10,522 nt of DNA from Promethearchaeati archaeon. Its GTDB lineage: Archaea > Asgardarchaeota > Heimdallarchaeia > JABLTI01. The position numbers and the translations under genes are program-made. The stretch is taken from positions 1-10,522 of the forward strand of contig JABLTI010000099.1 in the NCBI GenBank assembly GCA_013166835.1, written 5' to 3'. Below, one piece after another: positions 1 through 6,902 of this stretch; the first letter of the stretch is position 1, and every line of letters starts with the position of its first letter. The notes under the pieces are model-generated. The model saw only the letters and a program-made list of their open reading frames with translations, did not search any database and had not been told where the DNA came from.

Positions 1-590
1 AGTGGTCCTTTTTTCAATCCCTTAGCAATTGCATAAATTTCAGCACTACCCTTTCTTGATGCTTTTGGTTTGTAAAAATAAACAAAATGAAATAATATCT
101 TCAGATTTGCTATAAAGTCTTCAAAGAGATCTCCCATAAATAATTTGCAGACGAATTTTCCTCCTCGTTTCAGGAACCCTGAAGCACACAATCTTAGTGC
201 TTGTTCTGTTAGATAGATTTGTCTTGCGTGATCTGTACTCCAATTTCCGGATACTTTTGGACTAATATCTGACAGGATTACGTCTACTGGATCACCTATG
301 AGTGTTTTTAGTCGTTCCTGTGTTTTAGGATCAGTGATATCTCCTTGTATTGCTATAACATTATCAATTGGTTCTAAGTAATCGAGATCAATTGCATACA
401 CCTTTCCAGTTGGAATTACTAGATGGCTTGCAACTTGAGACCAACCACCGGGAGCTGCTCCAACATCTATTACATAGTTTCCTACTTTGAAAACGTTGAA
501 TTTCTCATTAATTTGTATGAGTTTATATGAGGCTCTTGAGCGGTAGCCTTCCCTAACTGCCTCTCGATAATAGTTTAACTGATATCACAT
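1..590 (-). CDS. rlmE: RlmE/FtsJ-family rRNA 2'-O-methyltransferase (3' end outside the window; start anomalous)
   Basis: My translation: YYREAVREGYRSRASYKLIQINEKF...VIDVGAAPGGWSQVA...AIDL...QGDITD...DVILSDISPKVSG...FVCKLFMG...KPKASRKGSAEIY. The SAM motif and K-D-K-E tetrad are present. The frame is open from 584 to the window edge. The in-frame ATG at 590 is followed at once by TGA. Confidence 0.93.
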
Positions 591-694
591 AAAAAAATAG
601 AGATAATTTTAGACTGATTAACTCTATTTCAAGAATCGAGTACCTTTCTTTGCCACTTCTATATGATGATAAAGATGAAAAACAACAGTACTTA

Positions 695-1090
695 TTACTT
701 TTCTTCTTCCTCTTTCGGTTTGGAAAACAACCATTTTGAGAATAATGGGCAATCTACGGAGGATATAGGATTCCCTATATTACACCTATCAAGTTCATAA
801 CAGGTGAAACATGGACATCCGCCAATGTTATCCCATTGAATCATAAAGGTACTAGTCATTGATTTCCCTTCCAAACACTCATTTAGAAATCGTTTTACGA
901 AATAAGAACCATCTTTTGCTTTCAGCAGCTTGAATTCTTCTCTTACGGATTCATCCCTCAAGAATTTTTCAAGTTCTTTAAAGTTTACAGTTAGAACTTC
1001 AACTAAATCATCTGCAGCTATTTCGGTAACTCTGCGAGTATCAAACATTTCTTGCAGTAATTGCTTGAATTCCTTTGTTATAGCGATCAT
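695..1090 (-). CDS. TFE-beta / RNA polymerase III RPC34(C39)-like protein with C-terminal 4Fe-4S motif
   Basis: The C-terminal PCFTCYELDRCNIGNPISSVDCPLFSKWL has the Cx2Cx5Cx10C...WL pattern of RPC34/hRPC39 and crenarchaeal TFE-beta. The N-terminal part is the right size for a winged helix but is not clearly recognisable. Confidence 0.75.
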   Translation of the reverse strand: MIAITKEFKQLLQEMFDTRRVTEIAADDLVEVLTVNFKELEKFLRDESVREEFKLLKAKDGSYFVKRFLNECLEGKSMTSTFMIQWDNIGGCPCFTCYELDRCNIGNPISSVDCPLFSKWLFSKPKEEEEK

Positions 1091-1275
1091 TATTTTTTCA
1101 TGACCTCATTGTCATTTTCGACTTGTGTTTTTTATCTATTAGTGCAGAATGATAGATCGTCTAGGCTCTATTTCGTTCAGCTTGCTATCCAAATTATCGG
1201 TTTCTTTGTGCGCCTTTAGATAATAGTTTTTGTAAATATAGCATACTCACAACTAACTAAAAAGTATTATGCGTT

Positions 1276-1293
1276 CTTATTTAATAATTTTTC
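1276..1293 (-). promoter_or_regulatory. Candidate BRE/TATA for the TFE-beta-like gene and rlmE
   Basis: Minus strand GAAAAATTATTAAATAAG in the 1091-1398 intergenic gap. The AT-rich background limits certainty. Confidence 0.3.
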
Positions 1294-1398
1294 ACTTTCG
1301 ATTCTTTAGATTGTGAAGTTTTGTTAGTTTCTTTGTATTATTAGCTTCCCCTTAGTGCAATTTCAGATGGTAATTCATGGGAAAAATGATTTCCTTTT

Positions 1399-2208
1399 TC
1401 ACCAAGTTGTGAATCTTTTGTATAATTTTGTTGGATATACGATAAGATAGGAAAAAGTAGCATCGGTTATGCCTTGAACGATATTCCATCCTGCGTATCC
1501 CCCACCAAAACTCAACAAAATTGTGGTCCAATCTGGATCAAAAACATTTACGAATTTCGGCGCCCAACCATTCAAATACATGAAAGCAGGGGCAAAAAGT
1601 AGAACATTCAAAAGAAACATTACAGTAAGTCGAGTTAGAATTGCTAGAACCATTAAGAAGACATAAACACCTATATGATTGAAGGTAGAAGATGAATATT
1701 CGAGTTTCTTAAAGAACTTATTTGATCGTTCTTTTCTTGAAACTACTTTTAGAACTATCCAAGGTATAACAAACATAATGGACGAAGCTATGAATTTAGG
1801 CCACATAGAAAGCCAACCAATACCCTGTTCACCAGGAAAAGCCATTATAGCTAAGCAACCCACAACTGCTGAAATTAAACCACTTCTTATACCAAAAACG
1901 AAAAAGGCTACAAGCATAGGGACAGCCATTATATCTAACCAAGTCATTCCAGGTGCAAAGGTAGGCCCCCAAAAGATGGATTCTAAAGTTGCATCCCAAA
2001 CAAAACCTATAAGTGCACTAAGACCACCAAGAATTGCTCCTGCAGCAATTTCTATGGTAATTGTTCTCCCTTTGTGTTCTTTCATTTCTGGTAAATGCTC
2101 TACAGTATGAAGATCGTGAACATCTTCTTTATTGATATTCTCTTTAGATTTTTCAGAGCATTCTTCTTTCTTTTGAAGATCCGTTTTTTCAGTAAATGTG
2201 GAACCCAC
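1399..2208 (-). CDS. ECF transporter S component (RibU/PanT-like vitamin-binding membrane protein)
   Basis: About six hydrophobic segments. EIAAGAILGGLS followed by WLDIMAVPMLVAFFVFGIRSG is typical of S components. GTG start is preceded by an SD-like GGGTGA. The first ~48 aa form a charged extension. Confidence 0.8.
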   Translation of the reverse strand: MGSTFTEKTDLQKKEECSEKSKENINKEDVHDLHTVEHLPEMKEHKGRTITIEIAAGAILGGLSALIGFVWDATLESIFWGPTFAPGMTWLDIMAVPMLVAFFVFGIRSGLISAVVGCLAIMAFPGEQGIGWLSMWPKFIASSIMFVIPWIVLKVVSRKERSNKFFKKLEYSSSTFNHIGVYVFLMVLAILTRLTVMFLLNVLLFAPAFMYLNGWAPKFVNVFDPDWTTILLSFGGGYAGWNIVQGITDATFSYLIVYPTKLYKRFTTW

Positions 2209-2260
2209 TTATGTCACCCAATTCGTGATAGTGTCTGTGTATTTATTTTTAGTCGATAAA

Positions 2261-2277
2261 TTATAAATAATATTTTC
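2261..2277 (-). promoter_or_regulatory. Candidate BRE/TATA of the S-component gene
   Basis: Minus strand GAAAATATTATTTATAA, ~55-70 nt upstream of the GTG start. Confidence 0.45.
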
Positions 2278-2299
2278 AATTACTCATAAATGAGTAATT
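2278..2299. promoter_or_regulatory. Palindromic operator candidate
   Basis: Perfect inverted repeat AATTACTCAT-AA-ATGAGTAATT (10-bp arms, 2-nt spacer) abutting the candidate promoter. Confidence 0.7.
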
Positions 2300-2335
2300 A
2301 TCCTCAAAGTTGATTAAGAAGGCAAGATATTGAGT

Positions 2336-2351
2336 AAAAATAAAAAATAAA
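2336..2351 (-). terminator. U-tract terminator candidate after rpl31e
   Basis: Minus strand TTTATTTTTTATTTTT, ~15 nt after the rpl31e stop. Confidence 0.45.
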
Positions 2352-2365
2352 GATGTAGAGGTGAA

Positions 2366-2740
2366 TTATTCATCCTCTTCTTCTTCAATATCTTCTTCGT
2401 CGGGTGGACGTAATTCGCCACGACCAGGTCTTCTTCTGACCTCTGGGACTCGTGCTTCAGCAGCAACTTTTCTTTCAACAAGGTAAAGTTCTACAATGCC
2501 TTCATCATCTTTAATGGCTCGCACACGAACCTTTCTCGGAGGTTTCTGAATACCTCGAGCCCAAATGAACTCATTTAGTTCATTATCAATTATGATATCT
2601 TCTGCCTTCATGTGCCTATAGATGAATTGCTTCATAATCCTAATGGCTCTTGGGGCTCTTTTTTGACGAGTAGATAATTTCAACTTCGGATAGAAGGGAA
2701 TTGTGTATATTCGTTCTTCTACCAGTTCATCTTCTGACAA
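2366..2740 (-). CDS. rpl31e: 50S ribosomal protein L31e (eL31) with a charged C-terminal extension
   Basis: ERIYTIP...KRAPRAIRIMKQFIYRHMK...IDNELNEFIWARGIQKPPRKVRVR signature; TTG start. Confidence 0.97.
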   Translation of the reverse strand: MSEDELVEERIYTIPFYPKLKLSTRQKRAPRAIRIMKQFIYRHMKAEDIIIDNELNEFIWARGIQKPPRKVRVRAIKDDEGIVELYLVERKVAAEARVPEVRRRPGRGELRPPDEEDIEEEEDE

Positions 2741-2816
2741 TTTTATTCACTCTCTTTGGTCGGTCTTTTCCTATTACCTATTTTAAATTTACTATTAGTT
2801 TTCATTCAGTTTTATA

Positions 2817-3062
2817 CTAAAAACTAACCTCATATTTCGCAAGGATAGTCTTAATATCACAAATTGTATTCATTGCAGTAATATCATCATCTGAAAGAAT
2901 AATATCGAAGTTTTGCTCTAGCTCGGAAATGATGACCAGGTGAGTCATGGAATCCCAAGCTTCATAATCTTTTCTTGATATTTCTTCTGTGAGTTCTTCT
3001 TTGGCGACGAGTAGTATTTTACTAACAATGTCTATGATTTTATCGTGGTTGTTTTCGCTCAA
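2817..3062 (-). CDS. Acyl carrier protein
   Basis: 81 aa and acidic, with WDSMTHLVIISELEQNFDI (Ser38 is the phosphopantetheine site). The TTG start overlaps the FkbH stop (TTGA). Confidence 0.92.
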   Translation of the reverse strand: MSENNHDKIIDIVSKILLVAKEELTEEISRKDYEAWDSMTHLVIISELEQNFDIILSDDDITAMNTICDIKTILAKYEVSF

Positions 3063-4915
3063 TCTTCTTTCACCGTCAGATATTTTGGAAAGTCTATGGG
3101 TTTCTTCAATTGTTTAAAGGACCATTTTATTGTTCCATCTGTTAATTCTTCTTCAACATCGAAGTTGTGATCTTTAAAGAAGTCTTTTGCCAGAGGATTC
3201 TTTTTAGTTGGTATATACTCAGCTTTTATTTCTTGTGCTTTCGCAGTTATTGCATCATTTATTATTTTCGTTAGAAATGCTGTTTCCACTTTTCTCCCAA
3301 TCACTCTACAACTCATTAGGAATGTGTCGATTTGCCATACCTTCTGATTTTCTTTGTTTACTACAGCAACCCCAACAATTCCTTCTTCTCCAAATTTGTC
3401 TTTTATCTCTAATGTGTAAATATTAAATTTCGCTGTCTTTTTATGCATCTCTACAACTTGGGTTTCAGTATAACGTCGGGTTGTTAAATTAAATTGATTT
3501 GTTCGATTTATTAGACTAGTTACTCTGGGCAGAGCAAATTTATCTGCTAGCTTGATGGTAGCAATGATTTCTAAAGTCTTGATAAACTCATCAATAGATT
3601 GTACTTTCTTCCGGATACCCTCTCTTTGTTTTCTGAAATAGTATTTTTCCCCTCGAGTCAAATCTTCCTTTGTTATTGCTAATGTGTTGAAATCATTTAA
3701 TTGCTCGAGAGTTTTCTTGTAAAGAGCAGGACTTTTCGGCAAATCAACCACTTTGACATCTGGTAATGCTTCTTTTACTCTTGCTCGTTCTACCGGATTA
3801 TCATCAAAGAAGACCATGCTGTCCAATCCAATATTGATTTCCTCAGCGAGCTCAATCATGTTTTGTACTTTATCATTCCAATTAATTCTGTGAGCAGCAA
3901 GATGTGTTTCTTTTATTTGCATGTAAGGATGTTTTTGAAAGACTTCTAAAGCATCTGCTTCGTTGTTTTTGCTGTTTACAGCTAAAATTATCCCTCTTTT
4001 GAAGAGACTTAATAGGGCTTTTTGAAAATCTACGAAATGGTTCCCAGGATAATTAATGTTAAGTTTGATCCCATCTAAACCGTCTTCTCCAATTATACCT
4101 CCCCATAAAGTGTTATCTAAATCTAGTACGATGCATTTCCTATTTCTTCCTTTCAAAGGTTTGATGTAACTCATCAAGCCATAGGAAACTGCTGGTAGGA
4201 ATTTCTCACTAAGTAAGAGTGACCCTCGGTAATACATTGGATAGTTGATGTATTCGTCTTTACCGAATCTGCTAGCGGTTTCATCAAAATCAAAAATGAA
4301 TATTGCACTATCATTTTGAAATTGAGTTTCTAACTTATCATTGATCATCCTGTAGAACCGTTTCAAACCAATTACTCTTTTTTTATCCAAAACTCCCATT
4401 GGTGAAAAGGTTGGTGAAATAAAATTACTAAAAATTATCATGGAATCTGTGCTTTCTGCTAATTTTGATAGAAGATCATTAAGTAATTCGACTATCCTGT
4501 CAATTTCCTCTACAATGATTTTTTCTTCGAGTCGAGTGAAATCAACAAGAAAATTCTCTTCTAATAAAGATTCGAGCTCAATGAAAAAGAATATTATTTC
4601 AGGTTTAAATTTATACAATTTACTTTTAACATCAATGATTTCTTCTTGAAATCTATTGAACGGTGCGACATATATTTCTGGGAAAAGTTCTTCCATTCTG
4701 CAATCAATATCAAGAAATGCTGCTAAGGGATCAATTGTGAAAGAACTTAGTAAAGCGATTTTGATTTTTTGATTTGCTGAGACATCTATTTTCGAGAAAT
4801 CGATCTTTTGTATCTGTTTGTATATTGACCAGTAATTAGAGTAGGATGGTTCCTCTTGAATTTTCTTTAGGAGTTCTTCTTGTTTTTCAAGTGGTGTTTT
4901 TTGAGGGGAATTCAT
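3059..4915 (-). CDS. fkbH: FkbH-like HAD-IIIC glyceryl-ACP synthase, long form with N-terminal extension
   Basis: KCIVLDLDNTLWGGIIGEDG, NSKN, FFDDNPVER, RTNQFNLT, DKFGEEGIVG and IDTFLMSCRV (conserved Cys). About 255 aa precede the HAD motif, including KIALLSSFTIDPL. Confidence 0.95.
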   Translation of the reverse strand: MNSPQKTPLEKQEELLKKIQEEPSYSNYWSIYKQIQKIDFSKIDVSANQKIKIALLSSFTIDPLAAFLDIDCRMEELFPEIYVAPFNRFQEEIIDVKSKLYKFKPEIIFFFIELESLLEENFLVDFTRLEEKIIVEEIDRIVELLNDLLSKLAESTDSMIIFSNFISPTFSPMGVLDKKRVIGLKRFYRMINDKLETQFQNDSAIFIFDFDETASRFGKDEYINYPMYYRGSLLLSEKFLPAVSYGLMSYIKPLKGRNRKCIVLDLDNTLWGGIIGEDGLDGIKLNINYPGNHFVDFQKALLSLFKRGIILAVNSKNNEADALEVFQKHPYMQIKETHLAAHRINWNDKVQNMIELAEEINIGLDSMVFFDDNPVERARVKEALPDVKVVDLPKSPALYKKTLEQLNDFNTLAITKEDLTRGEKYYFRKQREGIRKKVQSIDEFIKTLEIIATIKLADKFALPRVTSLINRTNQFNLTTRRYTETQVVEMHKKTAKFNIYTLEIKDKFGEEGIVGVAVVNKENQKVWQIDTFLMSCRVIGRKVETAFLTKIINDAITAKAQEIKAEYIPTKKNPLAKDFFKDHNFDVEEELTDGTIKWSFKQLKKPIDFPKYLTVKED

Positions 4916-5390
4916 TTTGAATCACTTCTTGAACTGCTTTATCTATATCATCCCAATTTTCATCTAATTTCTCTGCTTGATCTTGACTAATCACTAATGC
5001 CCAAGCAATCGCTGTTTTCTCAGTATGAGCAATACTAACTCTAATTGTTATTTTTTTCAATTGCTGACTGATTTCATCCAGTTTTTTATTGTTTTTGTCT
5101 TTAAAGTCTATTTTAGCAATTGGTTTTTTAGTTTTGTCATGTGATATAAAGACATGATATAATTCTATTTTTACAAATTCATTGATTGCTTTATAGACTG
5201 CTTCTTTGGCTGCGAATATTCCTGCAAAGTGTGGATGAGGATCTTTGTAGGATTGGCAGTATTTAGTTTCATAATCATTGAAGATTTTATTATAAAAACT
5301 TCGATGTTCGTCTATATTATACCGCTGGAATTTTTCTATTTCGATTATATCGATCCCAATTGACCAATTAGACAATGCTTTACCCTCCAA
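4887..5390 (-). CDS. acpS: Holo-ACP synthase (AcpS-type 4'-phosphopantetheinyl transferase)
   Basis: GIDIIE, FAGIFAAKEAVYKA and VSIAH motifs. Overlaps the fkbH start by 29 nt. Confidence 0.93.
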   Translation of the reverse strand: MEGKALSNWSIGIDIIEIEKFQRYNIDEHRSFYNKIFNDYETKYCQSYKDPHPHFAGIFAAKEAVYKAINEFVKIELYHVFISHDKTKKPIAKIDFKDKNNKKLDEISQQLKKITIRVSIAHTEKTAIAWALVISQDQAEKLDENWDDIDKAVQEVIQNEFPSKNTT

Positions 5391-5391
5391 T

Positions 5392-6255
5392 TTAAAATCG
5401 ACGTAAATAATCCCAAAAAGTGAAATTATCTATATCACCTGTTAATAAGCAACAAACTGGAGCATCATGTTTCCAGCTTTTGTGTTTTCGCCAATACTCT
5501 ACTGCTTCTGTTACAGATGGTACCCAAGCATTATGTTTATCCGCTTGCTCCAAGAATAATTTTAATCCATTTATGTATTCCCTTCGACCAATTCTTATTG
5601 GGTGCAAATCAAACATAACTACTCCATTTACTTCTTTTGCTTTTCTTAATTGAATTGTTAATGCTTTCGCAATCTGTTTATCAGAGAAATTGTATTTATC
5701 AATCATGAAGTCATCAGACCACTTGCATAGTGGAATACAAGTGTAAGTTGATTTCTTTCCATTTTGAAATTTGAAATTAAAAAAGTGATAAGTTTCCCGA
5801 TAAGATTGTTGGTAGCCTATTCCGATATCCCAAAGGAAATCAAATTTTTCCAACAGTCGTATTGTTGCTTCAGAATAATTGTTATATGGTGCTCGAAAAC
5901 CTTTGTAAGGTATCTTGTTTTTTTGAAATGCTTTTGTTGCTAAGTATAATTCTTGTTCAACTTGTTTTGGGGATAGGTGTTGATATCTCACGTGTTTATA
6001 ACCATGGATAGCAATTTCGTATGGATAGGATTTCAGAAATTCAGTATAATCCTGGTGTTTATCAGCAATAGATGCTACAAGAGGAAAAGTGAATCCAGCA
6101 TCGAACTCCTCTAATGAGGTAAACATTCGATCCAATAGTTTGTGGAAAGGTTGCATGTGAAAATAGAACATCCTGGCGGACTGTGCGAAGATACGACTTC
6201 CTCGTCTTTTTGCTAGATGTTTTATCCATGAAGTTAAACGACTAATTTTAACCAT
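5392..6255 (-). CDS. Polysaccharide deacetylase (CE4/NodB family), apparently circularly permuted
   Basis: EIAIHGYKH, GFRAPY and FDLHP motifs, with a motif-1-like LLTGDID at the C-terminus. ATG at 6255 (after an SD-like GGTGTGG) is preferred over TTG at 6267. Confidence 0.85.
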   Translation of the reverse strand: MVKISRLTSWIKHLAKRRGSRIFAQSARMFYFHMQPFHKLLDRMFTSLEEFDAGFTFPLVASIADKHQDYTEFLKSYPYEIAIHGYKHVRYQHLSPKQVEQELYLATKAFQKNKIPYKGFRAPYNNYSEATIRLLEKFDFLWDIGIGYQQSYRETYHFFNFKFQNGKKSTYTCIPLCKWSDDFMIDKYNFSDKQIAKALTIQLRKAKEVNGVVMFDLHPIRIGRREYINGLKLFLEQADKHNAWVPSVTEAVEYWRKHKSWKHDAPVCCLLTGDIDNFTFWDYLRRF

Positions 6256-6302
6256 AAACCACACCAAATATTGTTTTGTTATTTTATTATGGGAAATTAA
6301 TA

Positions 6303-6379
6303 CTTTATTAAACTATTTTTCGCTTAATACTTAGAGGTACTACACTTTATTGAACGTATTTTCATCAAAAGTTTTAATT
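6303..6379. promoter_or_regulatory. Divergent BRE/TATA candidates for the two arms of the cassette
   Basis: Minus strand CGAAAAATAGTTTAATAAAG (6303-6322); plus strand CAAAAGTTTTAATT (6366-6379). An SD-like GAGGT lies at 6418-6422. Confidence 0.45.
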
Positions 6380-6428
6380 GGTTATGTAAATATTTGATTA
6401 TAAAACGAGTCTCCTATGAGGTTTCACA

Positions 6429-6902
6429 ATGGGTAAGATTATTGGCAGAATTCTACGTATGATTGCTTGGAATGCTCCAATTTACCAATTCCGTGCGAGT
6501 TTATGGCGGAAATGTGGAGTGAAGATTGGTAAAAGGGTTTACGTTGGAAACCTAGTGTATTTTGATGGTGAATATCCCCACTTAATTACTTTGGAAGATG
6601 ACGTAAGTATTGGTCCTAGTGCATTGCTATTAGCTCATTCTGGTGGCAGTCCTTACCATTCGCAAACTGGAATTTTCAAGCAACTACCTAAACCCATTCT
6701 AATTAAGAGAGGTGCTTGGATTGGGTCAGGAGCAATAATACTCCCTGGCGTTACTATTGGTATTGGTTCAATCGTGTCAGCAGGAGCTGTTGTTAATAGG
6801 GATGTTCCCGATTTCAGTGTAGCAGTAGGTAATCCGGCTCGAGTGGTTTCTAAACTACCAAGACCAGGGGAAGCTGCAAAAGATACGGAGGAGAAAAAGT
6901 GA
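6429..6902 (+). CDS. Hexapeptide-repeat (left-handed beta-helix) acyltransferase, maltose/sugar acetyltransferase-like
   Basis: GVKIGKRVYVG...ITLEDDVSIGP...AH...IKRGAWIGSGAIILPGVTIGIGSIVSAGAVVNRDVPDFSVAVGNPARVV. Confidence 0.92.
   Translation: MGKIIGRILRMIAWNAPIYQFRASLWRKCGVKIGKRVYVGNLVYFDGEYPHLITLEDDVSIGPSALLLAHSGGSPYHSQTGIFKQLPKPILIKRGAWIGSGAIILPGVTIGIGSIVSAGAVVNRDVPDFSVAVGNPARVVSKLPRPGEAAKDTEEKK

Noticed and set aside
585-590. ATG-TGA as selenocysteine or an alternative genetic code
   Set aside because: TGA is a normal stop in the ECF, fkbH, acpS and LbH genes; the position is not a Cys site; no SECIS was seen.
579-643. Spliceosomal-looking GT...poly-T...CAG segment in the rlmE leader
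   Set aside because: Removing it gives AAA GTT TAA, an immediate stop, and archaea have no known spliceosome.
663-720. Box C-like ATGATGA suggesting a C/D sRNA
   Set aside because: No downstream CTGA D box at a suitable distance.
1679-2110. 143-aa plus-strand ORF
   Set aside because: Antisense shadow of the hydrophobic ECF gene; no motif.
2817-5390. Bacterial-type fatty acid or polyketide synthesis
   Set aside because: No ketosynthase, FabD or reductase genes, and the WDSxxH-type ACP is coupled to FkbH, which points to a dedicated carrier.
3208-5653. Short plus-strand ORFs 3208-3426, 4440-4649 and 5420-5653
   Set aside because: Antisense to fkbH or the deacetylase; no recognisable features.
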